DNA of 64,000 nucleotides from Neovahlkampfia damariscottae (lineage: Eukaryota), in NCBI GenBank assembly GCA_016618085.1, contig JABLTG010000031.1:1-64000 (forward strand), written 5' to 3'. Shown in pieces: positions 12,619-23,606 of this stretch (the stretch's first letter is position 1; the number at the start of each line of letters is the position of its first letter). The notes beneath the pieces were generated by a model. That model did no database searches and was not told the origin of the DNA. It saw nothing but the letters and a program-made list of their open reading frames with translations. Both the position numbers and the translations under genes were made by a program.

Positions 12619-14695
12619 TTACAGGAAAATTCCTGAAGTCAATTCATAGAAACTGATTTTACCATCAATATTATCATCTAAATCTTTGAAACATCTTTCA
12701 TATGAAAATGTTTCTTCTTCAAACAAATAAGTCAGTAATTTCTTCATTTCTATATCATCCAAGTATCCATTTTTGTCTTCATCAAATTGATCAAATAACC
12801 TTGCACTTTTTTTTAATAATTTCAGTTTCAATTCGAAACCTAACAATTTATTGGTTGGTAAATTTTCCCACCAAATCAGGAAATTTTGAATTGAAACTTT
12901 CTCTTCGTACTCCTCTTTATATGATAAATACCTGATAAAAACTTCAACATCTTTTTGAGAGTTATGTACTTCTAAATGAGAAAATATTTTTTGTAATTCA
13001 TTTCTGTGCAGAAATCCTTCTTCAATTTTTGAAAATGATTCTAAAATTCCTAAGAGTGAATCCTTGTCTTTTGGAATCTTTTCTTCATTAAAAAACTTAT
13101 CTTTCATCAATGGATATAAATTCATTATGGTTTCAATAGTTTTTAAAATATGATTTAAGTCTTTTGATAAGAGATCTTGATCATCTGGTTTCAATAAATT
13201 CAAAGCCCAACAAGTAGCAAGATTGGTTGTATTCATCTGATTTGACGATGAATTTGTTGCAATTTTTTCAAATAAACCAAAAAGTTTGAATATAGTGTTT
13301 CTTCTAATCAAAGATAGTTTTTGAATGATTGACAAAAAATGTTGAGATTGGTTTTCATCACTTTCATTTATTGGATACTTTAAAAAATCGGAATAAAATT
13401 TAAAGGTGAATAAGGGATCTGGTAGTTCTCTAAAGTATAATTTTAACAAGGATGCAGTTGCATTCACTGTTATTTCATCTTTTTTGATTGATGAAAAATT
13501 TCCTGAATCGATCAAATTTTTCAATTGGAATATCTCATGATGGTCACCATTTATCCGAAAGATACCATTTGAATCAACACCAATTTCTTCTAATAAAGAT
13601 ATTAAAAACTCAATGGCGTCTGGTATTTCACCAATTTGATCTTTTCTTAACATTAAATCTTCTAAATTAACACCAAAAATTTGGTTTCTGTATTTTGGTT
13701 CAATGTATTTTGGAATGTTAAATGACTTGATTTTTTGTTTCATTTTGTCATCTAATGATGAGTTATTGTTCAATAATAAAAATGTCTTGATAAATTGATG
13801 ATCAATGGAATGTGAAATTAAATAAGAAAGATAATCATCAGTATTATCATAATTAAATTGTAAATTCTCAATCAAATTGATGCTAGAACCTTTTTTAACA
13901 TACCTTCAAATGAATTTAGAATAAATTTTGATCACTTTTTATGATGACTTTCAAATTCAGAAATTTTTTCCAATCCATTTGAATACAAAACCATCATTTC
14001 ATTCAGAATTTTATTCAAAGAATTCAGTATAATAACTTTTTCTTCATCGATAAAATGATGGAATTCTTCATATTTTTTATCATTTATGTGGTCAATTTGA
14101 TTTTTTTTAATGTTGAATGATTCTTGAATTTCTTTTGAAATTGATTTTTCTAATGAATTCATATCTTTTAAATTTTGTTCATATTTTTTGCATAATTTTG
14201 AAAGTGATTGATAAATTTTATAATTTTTTTTTATGACTTCACATTTTGTTGTGAACTCTTGTGAGTGTGAAAATACAAGTAGATTGTTTTCAGATTCTTT
14301 TGGAAGACTAACGATTGAATTTGAGCTGACTAAATCCAAACCTAAATCAATTCCTTCTATTTCTTGTTGTAAAAATTTCAACTGATCACCTGATTCACTT
14401 GAAAAAATGGAGATATGTGATCTATTTTTTTTTTTTCCAAATGTTGTTTTTTTTTGAGTTTTTTTTCGATTTTCCACTTGAAAATGATTTTTACAGTAAA
14501 AAAGATCATTTAAAACGTAAAAGTCAGAAAGTTTTAATTTCTTGTGACACGTTGAACACTCTTTTTGGTAAATGAATTTTTTTGTTTACTAAAGCAATTT
14601 TGGTGCATGGATTTATCCTTTACAGTCAACTTTTCAATAGGATACACTGTTTTTAAACAAAGAAAACAATTTTCTTTTTGAATGGATACTTTCAT
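12619..14695 (-). CDS. LIM - coiled-coil - RhoGAP - EF-hand protein (2 introns)
   Basis: Spliced LIM CFLCLKTVYPIE..MHQNCF|KCSTC..FYCKNH; RhoGAP IFGVNL..GIFRING..LLKLYFRELPDPL..NQMNTTNLA; EF-hands DEDKNGYLDDIE and DDNIDGKISFYE. Confidence 0.85.
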
Positions 14696-14758
14696 TTCCT
14701 TGTTTGACAAACTGGTCAACCAATCACAATTATATTTCTCAATTTGTCGAAAGAAAAG
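14696..14758. promoter_or_regulatory. 63-nt bidirectional promoter containing a CCAAT box
   Basis: Divergent ATGs at 14695 and 14759 with AACCAATCA between them; the same motif recurs upstream of many genes. Confidence 0.55.
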
Positions 14759-16159
14759 ATGAACTTGGAACAATTGTTAACAAAAATACCTATAAAACAG
14801 AAACATCTTGATGATACACTTTATCCGAATGAATACTCGTTTCAGAGCTTCATAAATCTTTTGAAGTTGGATTTTGAGTTAAAACTGTTGAAAAAAGATT
14901 ATTTTTCAAAATTAAACATTAGTAAAATTGATGTTTTAGGACATACAAAACGCCTGTCCACTATAGATACAAATATTAAAATTTCTTTTGTTGAAGAAAT
15001 TTTCATTGAAGTTTCTGACAAGAGTTCCATCTGTTTAAAGTCTATAGAGTTTAAAGTTTCAAGATTTTTTTATAAAAAAGAAAAGAGTTTTGATAAATCA
15101 ACTTCTGATTATACCTTTAGTTCAGAATTCATTTTTCAAAATGAGAACAAAAAGTTTCATTTTTTCGCAGAAGATGTGACTTCAACAGAAAACATTCACA
15201 TGAAAACAAATTTGATTTCAATCAAACATATTGACGAATGCTTTTTACCAAACTCAAACTATCGGTCAACTTTTGTTGACATTTTTCCAAAAGAAGAAAA
15301 TTTTATTTCTGGAATATTTTATGCAAATTTGACAAATTCAAGTTTTCAAATAGATTGTTTTTCATATGATTGTCAACCTATATTCTTCAAATTTCAAAAA
15401 ATTTATTTCACTTTGTCTAGTGGGATGTTCAAAAGTTTTCAAAATACTTTTGATTGTTGTCATTGTGTTTTTGGAGCCAAAGATACAAACATCACAATCA
15501 CTGAAACTGAAAACGAAATAAAGTCATATGGAAGTTTATACTTACAAGACGAAAATCTCTTCAATGAAACATTCTTGAACGAATTAAATCAAGTATTCAA
15601 ATTACCAAATTATTACAAAAATTTAACAACAAAAATCAGATTTAAAGAGTGTCATACAAAGTATTTAGAAACTAAAACATGTGATATTGACCAAATATCA
15701 ATTCAAATTCGAAAAGGTTTCGAAATGATAATTTTGAGAAAATTTGAATCAACCATCTATCAATTTGAAATAACTGATTTCAAAGGATATAAATACCTCA
15801 CTGCAGAGTTTAAAAATGAAAAATTTGATTTTGGATCATTTGAAATTGTACTTGATTTACTGTTGAATTATTTAGATTTTCCAAAAATACCATCTTTCCG
15901 AGGTCTGGATTTTAATATCAATGAATTTATTGACAAAAAATCAATTCTTAGATTAGAACAAGGAATATTGATCATTCAAACTCGATTGTATAAACAAAAT
16001 GTTCATTTGGTAATACCACTTCATCCAAGAGAAATTCCACAGTTGACCATCTCCAGAGTTTATAATTCTGTCCTTGATCAAAGTATTTACAAAAAATTTC
16101 CAGTCCAATACCAATTCAAGAATGTTGGACAAACAAATATTCAATTCAAATTCATCTAA
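14759..16159 (+). CDS. Intronless hypothetical protein, possibly the 5' part of a decayed MYND-finger gene
   Basis: 466-codon ORF with no recognisable motif; an out-of-frame MYND-like segment follows at about 16297-16377. Confidence 0.55.
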   Translation: MNLEQLLTKIPIKQKHLDDTLYPNEYSFQSFINLLKLDFELKLLKKDYFSKLNISKIDVLGHTKRLSTIDTNIKISFVEEIFIEVSDKSSICLKSIEFKVSRFFYKKEKSFDKSTSDYTFSSEFIFQNENKKFHFFAEDVTSTENIHMKTNLISIKHIDECFLPNSNYRSTFVDIFPKEENFISGIFYANLTNSSFQIDCFSYDCQPIFFKFQKIYFTLSSGMFKSFQNTFDCCHCVFGAKDTNITITETENEIKSYGSLYLQDENLFNETFLNELNQVFKLPNYYKNLTTKIRFKECHTKYLETKTCDIDQISIQIRKGFEMIILRKFESTIYQFEITDFKGYKYLTAEFKNEKFDFGSFEIVLDLLLNYLDFPKIPSFRGLDFNINEFIDKKSILRLEQGILIIQTRLYKQNVHLVIPLHPREIPQLTISRVYNSVLDQSIYKKFPVQYQFKNVGQTNIQFKFI

Positions 16160-16214
16160 CAAATTTTTATTTTTTTTTGCATGTATTTTTATGACTTTTC
16201 CAATGTCCTCTTTG

Positions 16215-16424
16215 ACAAATTGTTCCATGCAAATATCTTGACTCCAAAGAAGGATGGAATATACTTTCAGAAATCAAAGAACCAAAGAAAAAAAAATGTG
16301 GCAAATGTTCAAAAGTGGGGATTGACATGAAAAAATGTTCTCGTTGCAAAGTAATGTATTACTGTGATGAACAATGTCTTTCTTTCCTGTGTCAAATTGA
16401 ACAACATAACTTTTTACACTGGTA
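16215..16424 (+). pseudogene. Truncated MYND zinc-finger fragment
   Basis: KCGKCSKVGIDMKKCSRCKVMYYCDEQC, then loses the expected Q..DW..HK..C; preceded by an in-frame TGA. Confidence 0.6.
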
Positions 16425-16637
16425 GTTTCATCATTTCCAATAATATGTCCATATTCATTATTATTTGGAAAAGGTCCAAATTTTACAATCTTTTCTACTT
16501 TTGTTCCTATTTTTAATTTGTATTCTGATCCTAAATTTTCAATTTTTTTTTTTTTGAGTTTTGCTTCTAATCTTGCTTCATATGATTATTTCAGCACCAT
16601 TTTCATCATAGATGTACTCAATGTCTGAGTCATCCAT
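16376..16637 (-). pseudogene. Frameshifted small gene remnant (possible beta-barrel/SH3-like region)
   Basis: ATG at 16637 gives MDDSDIEYIYDENGAEI, then a frameshift to SYEARLEAKL..KLKIGTKVEKIVKFGPF..YGHIIG..SYVVQFDTGKKDIV, which runs into the antisense of the MYND fragment. Confidence 0.4.
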
Positions 16638-16679
16638 CTTCTACTTGTTAAGAAATGAACCAATCAATTAACTCCATTT

Positions 16680-18230
16680 ATGAAAGCAAAAACATTGCTG
16701 ACGGCAATTGTAATTCTCTTTACAATGGTATTTATCTACCAATTTTATAAAACACATAAACTTAAAGAAAAAAAAAGAATTGTTGTTGTTGTTCATCAAA
16801 CAACAATTAATCAACCAAAATTACCACAACCAAAAAAGTATCCAATTCCTGGTGAAAAAAATATTATATGGTGGTTAAGATTTCAAGGACATCCTTTTAC
16901 AAATTTTGAAAAATATAAAAAATGTAAAAATCCGAAAGCTAAAAGTAAAAAAAAAAGTTAAAATTAATTTTTCGAACCAGGAGATTATGAAAAAGATCCA
17001 GTCATTATTGTAATACCACCAGATCAAAAAGATATTTATTCAGAACCTGAAATGTATGATAAATTAACTCAACATGTTCGTGAATGTGATGTGAATTGTA
17101 TTTGGACCAGAGATTGGAATAATAAAACATTGAAATATGCAGCAGATGCATTTATATCACCAAAATATCCAGTAATTGATGAAACTATCCCATTTAAAAA
17201 ATTTTGTAAAAATCAAAAATCAGTTCTTTTTACTGGTGAAAATTTGAATAAGAATGACTTTAAAGAAAAATTTGACATTAATATTTATTCAAGGTCTGAT
17301 GGAGATGCTTATGTAGGTTATTTCGGTTATAATTTATTAGAGAGACCTGTAAAGAAAAAAAGAAATGATATTTTAGTTTCCGCTTACATTTCAAATTGTG
17401 ATTACAGAGTTTCATCTGATAGGTTGAAAATAATTAAAGAATTGAAGAAGTATATTAAAATTGACGTTTTTGGTAAATGTTTTAATGTCACAGAACCGAA
17501 GGAATTGATGCATTTAGACTATGCAAAGAGAAAAATTGAGAATATTGCAAATTATAAATTTCATTTGGCATTTGAAAATAGCAAAGATAATGGATATATT
17601 AGTGAGAAAATTTGGCAAAGTTTTCATGCAGGTACAGTTCCTATTTATCTTGGAGCACCAAATATTCGGAATTATCTCCCAAAACAAAATTCTGCATTGA
17701 TTGTGGACGAATTTCCTTCAATTGAAAATTTGGCAGAAGAAATAAAGAGACTGGGGACCAATGATAAAGATTATAAAGATATGTTTCAATGGAGACAAAA
17801 AGTTGATGACACATTTTTGATTGTTCAGGATTATGATTGTCTGAGAAGTTCTTGTAAAGTTTGTCAAACTGTAGCTGATTTTCTGGACCGAGAAAGAGTT
17901 GAAACAATGAAACCAAAAGAATTTCATTTCTATGTGAGGCCATTGAACATGTACAGATACAAAATTATTTTTCCAAAACAACCAATGACATTGAAATCTT
18001 TGATGGATGATTTGTATGAATTATTCAAGAATCATCAACCAAGATGGCTTACATGCACAACTAAAAACTTTAGAAAATACAGAGATTTTAATAATGTTAG
18101 AGTTAAAATTGCCAAAATTGTCAAAAGTCAAGGGAATTATCACCAAAGAATAATGGAAGATGGAATTGATTCAAATGAAAAATTGAAGAAATTAAAATCA
18201 GGTGAAAAATTGGAAGTCATTTTTATTTAG
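16680..18230 (+). CDS. GT10 alpha-1,3-fucosyltransferase, type II membrane protein (1 intron)
   Basis: N-terminal TM helix; SAYISNC; YKFHLAFENSKDNGYISEKIWQSFHAGTVPIYLGAPNI; C-terminal extension ending KLEVIFI. Confidence 0.92.
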
Positions 18231-18250
18231 AAATAAATCATCTTCGAAAC

Positions 18251-19540
18251 TCATTTTTTGTATTCAATAATATATTCACCCTCTGATCTGATGATTGTTG
18301 AAACTTCATTGGTTGGATGAAATTCATTTTCCAAGAATTCAAACAATTTCGAATCTTTGTTCCAATTTCTAGTCATAAATGATTGAGATTGTGATAATGA
18401 TTTGTTAATTTCAACATTTAAATTTTTTGTTTTTGTTTCAGTTGAAGTAAAACTGACAACAAAATTATCGCGTTGCGTTTCACAAAATAAATTTGATAGA
18501 TTTATCAAGTTGTGTATCATCATTGAACCTTCAAATTCTATGTAATGATTCACTTCCTTTTCATTTTTTTTGGTTATTGTTCCTAATTTTGATATCTGCA
18601 AAAAAATGTGAAAAATTTTTTTTTTTCCTACGGTCAATGAATGAACAGTCCCGTATAAAAAAGCACCAGGTGATAAAATTTGTGGTACATCATATGATAA
18701 TTCATCCTTTATACATTTATTTAATAAGAAATTGAATAAAGATTGAACTCTAACTTTCCCTGAAAAAATTAAACTTCCTTTTAATGTTCTAGGAAGAATT
18801 AGTCAAATAATCAATATTATAACTGTTCATATTGTATATTAGATAATTTAAATTCATCTTTTAATAGAGAAGATGGATTACTCAAAATAGCAGTGATTCT
18901 TTGAAGACTACAAATTCCAGGTGTTAAAAACAAAACTGATATTTGATCATTTATGTAATAAAAATAAGGAATTTCACAATTTTTCAAACAATTATATATA
19001 GATCTAAATGCTTCATGCCATAATTTTATCCTATTCAAAAAAATTTCTTCTTCTTTTTGATAATATTTTAATAGTTTTTCTGATAACAATTCAGAAGGAT
19101 GTTGGTAATATAACATTGATTTCATGAATTCTGAGTAAAGTTTTGGTGATATTGATTCATTTACAGTTTGCTATTTTTGTTTAATTTTTTAATTTTCTCA
19201 CTGTGCTATAACCAGATTCTGATAAATCAGAAGGAACATCTATATCTTGAACGAAAGATGTTAATCCAACACTTTCTGATAATGAATTAATATGATTTGT
19301 CCAGCTAAATGAATGTTTTGAAGTGAATTTTACTTTTGTTTTTATTGTCCAATCCACAGGAATTTCATCAAAAACAATTGAATTTTTTTTTTTTTTTTTG
19401 AGTGGTGTTTTTACATCTATTTTTGTTATTTCTGATTGTACATCAATTTCGGTATCATTTGAATTTAAATTATCAGTTGAATATTTTTGTTTCAATTGAA
19501 TTTTGTTCACCACCACTCCTTCAAAATTTTTTCTCTTCAT
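18251..19540 (-). CDS. DONSON: DONSON (downstream neighbour of SON) replication factor (3 introns)
   Basis: IPVDWTIKTKVKFTSKHSFSW, YYQHPS, WHEAFRSIY...PYFYY, VQSLFNFLLN, PQILSPGAF. Confidence 0.85.
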
Positions 19541-19632
19541 ATGGAAATTAATATGATTGGTTGAAATTATTCCGAGGAGAATAAATTTTCACTTTTTGAC
19601 CACTAAAATTTTCCGCAAAAAAAAAGAATAAT

Positions 19633-19995
19633 TTAAGGTTTATTTTCAGTACTTAACTGTAATAGTAGCTCTTTGAACGAAGGCAAGATTCGGTTCTCTG
19701 TTACTTTTGTTTTTGGTGATTCTCTTTTTTGTTTTTCTGCTTTTGTTGCAGTTTGATTAAATGGGATCGTTTGTTCAACGTCAAACATAATAAAAGGTGA
19801 TTTTACTTTGGATTTATATTTTCGTTGAGCGTGGTATGGCCATCTTTGAATCCCTGAAAAGAAGTCAAAAAAAAAAAAAAAAACGAAACCATGTTTTTTA
19901 CATAGGAGAGATAATTCATGAACTGACAATCCCATTAATGAAGCCGCGTATGCTTTTGGATAATCAGCGTACTTTAAAATTTCTTCAACGTCCAT
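19633..19995 (-). CDS. RWP-RK domain transcription factor (1 in-frame intron)
   Basis: EEILKYADYPKAYAASLMGLSVHELSLLCKKHG|IQRWPY after removing a 36-nt T-rich GT-AG intron. Confidence 0.8.
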   Translation of the reverse strand: MDVEEILKYADYPKAYAASLMGLSVHELSLLCKKHGFVFFFFFDFFSGIQRWPYHAQRKYKSKVKSPFIMFDVEQTIPFNQTATKAEKQKRESPKTKVTENRILPSFKELLLQLSTENKP

Positions 19996-20258
19996 CGCCA
20001 AAGAAGAAAAGAATTATAATATTCCTCCAATGAAAGAGCACCTTTTAAGTGTTGACAAATCAAGTCCATTTTTCCTAAATTAGCTCAGTCCATACTTTCA
20101 GTTTAAGAGAATTTCCGTTTGGCATCCTTTTCAAGAAAAACAACAATATTTCCAAACTTGGGAAGCAAGATGTCAACGAAAATTTATGGTTAATACACAA
20201 TAAAGTGGTTTGTGCTATGCCATGATTTGGAATAACAAGATCTTATAAAACATAACAT

Positions 20259-20735
20259 TCATTTTCTTTTTTGAACGTACAACTCATTGTAGGTTGAGAC
20301 TTCACATTTTTTTCGAAGAAAATCAACTTCAGGTAGGACTAAAATAACAACTTCTACAGTTGTATAAACAATATTTCCTGTCATCATATGACCTCCGATG
20401 GTTGTTCCTCTATTATTAGCGGCGCTCATATGCAAATGAGTTCCAAAAATTGATAAAGTTCCAGAGAGTGAAGTTATTTCATGAAATTCAGGTATAATAG
20501 TTGAATTTGAACGGTTTGCGAATCTTAAAGATAAAACTTTGACAGAACCTGAACAAGAAGCAATAGAAGCAGCTGTTATATTTTTTTCTTTTATAAAATT
20601 CTGTAAAAAGGAAAGAATGTCTTTGTTTGGAGGTATTCTCATTGCAAAAAAATATCCATGTGATTTTTCAACAGTACTGTGTTGTGTTTGAACAAACAAG
20701 ATCATACAGATCAGCACCAGCAAAAGCAACTTCAT
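20259..20735 (-). CDS. PPC/DUF296 domain protein with signal peptide
   Basis: AMRIPPNKDIL, SCSGSV..LRFA, EITSLSGTLS..THLHMS..TIGGHM..VYTTVEVVI; hydrophobic N-terminus MKLLLLVLICMILFVQT. Confidence 0.88.
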   Translation of the reverse strand: MKLLLLVLICMILFVQTQHSTVEKSHGYFFAMRIPPNKDILSFLQNFIKEKNITAASIASCSGSVKVLSLRFANRSNSTIIPEFHEITSLSGTLSIFGTHLHMSAANNRGTTIGGHMMTGNIVYTTVEVVILVLPEVDFLRKKCEVSTYNELYVQKRK

Positions 20736-20863
20736 CTATAAAAAAGTAATGATTGGTTGAAAAAAATGTGAAACGTGACCGCATTACTTCCAGTAAATTA
20801 TTCATTTTTGAACGTAGAATATTTTCAATTTTGACAATACACCAATCATCATTCGTTTTGATC

Positions 20864-22013
20864 ATGTCATCTCTTAATGTCCACGAAACAAACAGTTATT
20901 TCTATTTTGATTTTCCAGAAGAGATACTGGAGCAAGAAGGAAATGATAAGTGTGCTGATTGTGATGCACCTTCTCCAACATGGGCTTCAAAAAATTTAGG
21001 AGTATTAATTTGCTTAAAATGTTCAGGTAAACAAAAGTATCAATTAATCAAGAACAAAGGTGTACATAGGAATTTAGGTTCACATATTTCAAAACTCCAA
21101 TCCATTTTTCTTGATACCAAATGGACAGAAGAGAGTATAAAAATTTTTGAACAAAGAGGAAACGCAAAAGTGAATGAAATACTGGAATTTCATTTGAACC
21201 AAAATGAAGATGGAAACCCTACATATTTTAAAAAACCTGATGAAAATGCAACAGTGTAAAAAAAAAAAAAAAAAAAATGTTTACAAAACTTCTAGTGAAG
21301 AAAGACAGGCATTCATAGAAAACAAATATGTTCACCAAAAATTTAAAGAAAGAAAATTAGATGAAGAAAATGTTATTACTTACATTGAGAGACAATACTC
21401 TGATTCAGATGAAGAAGAAACAAAAACCGAAAATAAATTTCTAGGGATTGGATCCACACCAGAAAGAAAGAAAAAACCCTCAATCATTGGGAAAATTGGA
21501 AAAATTTCTGAGAACTTTAAAAAACCAGATACCAAACAAAAGAAAAAAATTCGACATGATCGACAAATGTCCTATGATATTGGTGCAATTCCAACTACAA
21601 CAATCGAAACTGTCAATAAAGATCAAGGAATGGTGGAATATAAAGGAATTTTAAAAATCAAACTATTTGGTGCTGCAAGGTTAATATCTAAAGAATCTCA
21701 TTGTAATGCATTTTTTATATTCAAAATTGGCTCTCAAAATGTCCAAAGTAAAATTGTGAAAAAATCAAATTCCCCATATTACGAGAAAGAAGAATTAATG
21801 ATTTGTATGAATTCAAAAGATGATCCTTTATATATTTCTTGTTTTGATAAAGTCACTTTTAAAGATAGATTGGTTGGAACTGCTGTTACTTTAGTGGATG
21901 ATTGTTTTGAGAACCCTGGAAGTATCAAAGATTATTCATTGAATTTGATAGATCAAAAAAAAATAACAGGAACTGTTGAATTCAGTACTTCTTTTGAATT
22001 ATTTAAACATTAA
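20864..22013 (+). CDS. ArfGAP - C2 domain protein (at least 2 introns)
   Basis: GNDKCADCDAPSPTWASKNLGVLICLKCSG|VHRNLGSHISK; RQAFIENKY; C2 domain GMVEYKGILKIKLFGA...SKIVKKSNSPYY. Confidence 0.9.
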
Positions 22014-22038
22014 ATTAAAAGAGAAATAAAAATCATCT

Positions 22039-23530
22039 TTAATTGGAGTAGAGTTCTTTTCCAACTTTGATCATTTTTTCAACATCAATTGTACCATATC
22101 CCACAGCAGCATTTGGTGATCCATTTGTACCACAAATATTGAATGATTGTCCTTTTGATGTTTTGAATAATACTGCATTTGTTTCTTCAATTTTTCTACT
22201 TAATTCTGGAACTGCTTCCCAAAGAACAGCAATAGCACCTGCAACAGTTGGGCATCTATAAAATGTTAATCAAGTATAAGTTTTTCTTACGCCATGGAAG
22301 TTCCAGATTTTGAAACATATGAATCAGATCTTCCAGAAGCTGAAACAATATTGGCACCTGGAGCTGCAAGTTCAGGTTTTGTTTGACCTGGAACAGGTCC
22401 CAATGAAGAAAATCTAGCAACTGAATCTTTACCTTTTTCCAAAGCACCAATTGTTAATTGATGTTTAAATTTAGCAATTTCTGAAATAGTGTTACATCTT
22501 GGACCTGAATTTCCAGCAGCATTTACAACATGTACTCCAGCATTCAATAAAGCATTGATACCTCTTTCTAATCCACAATTTGTGCATCCATATGAATGTG
22601 AAGAAATATGAGGTCTTAATTTAACTTGAGCATTTTTATCTTCCAAATCAGTAGGAGCAAGAAGCCATTGAAGACATTTGTGAACAGATGAAGTTGATGT
22701 TCTATGACAATGAATCCATTTTGCATGTGGAGCAACCCCAATTTTTCTGTTTGTTTTTCTTCCACCAGTAGCTGAACCTGTGCAACTATAAAAGATATTT
22801 AGATGATGAAATTTGATTTTACTGTGTTCCATGATCTCTCGTATCTATTGGTACTTTGCTTCTGAATAACGGGTCAAACCAATTGTAATTATGATCAAAT
22901 GATTCTTTTTTCTTTCCACGATATGAGTGAACAACACCAGGATGTTGATAACGAATTCCTGAATCTGAAAGACCAATAACAATACCTTTTCCTTTGTGTC
23001 CTTGTTTCCATGCTTTTTCAGCTTTTACCCATAACATATTTGGTTCAATAATTTTATCATTTGTTAAAGTTTCATTGAGAACAACTGATTTTTCCAAAGG
23101 ATCTTCACCAATGAATTTGTCTAAAAGAATTTCTGAAATATTTTCATTTTCTGAGAGAGCATCAATAGTTTTTTTATCAACATTTTCAATGGAGACAGAG
23201 TTTGAAACCCAGTAAGTCTTAAAAGCAAGTTTTTTGAAGTTTAAAAATTTGGTGAGCTTTTTTTGACTTCTTTCACTAATGTTCATCAACTAAAAAATTT
23301 TTAGTACATTTTGAATAAATTACTTCATCTACAATCATTTGAGCTTTTACATCAATGTCAATATTTTGTTTTCCTTGGTTAAATTTTTCATAATTTAATT
23401 CTTCTTTTAAAAGGACAAGTATGTTAACATTAGGTTGTTTTTTGAGTTCATTAGTGACTTCATAGTTCACTTTTGAAGCTACGATGTTGACAAATAAAAT
23501 AGTTAACACGAGAGAAATGACCACTTTCAT
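22039..23530 (-). CDS. Secreted subtilisin-like S8 serine protease with propeptide (3 introns)
   Basis: Signal peptide; catalytic triad motifs LSDSG, HGT|HCTGS, SGTSMA|CP; AAGNSG; bacillopeptidase F-like HNYNWFDP. Confidence 0.93.
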
Positions 23531-23606
23531 GTTGTTGTTTTTAGAGTCTTACAACCAATCAAAACTTTTGGAAGAATTTAAAATTGTTCGAAAATTTAAT
23601 TTACAT

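Noticed and set aside
20078..20150. tRNA-like TAGCTCAGT (A-box)
   Set aside because: No B-box (GTTCRA) at the right spacing and no cloverleaf.
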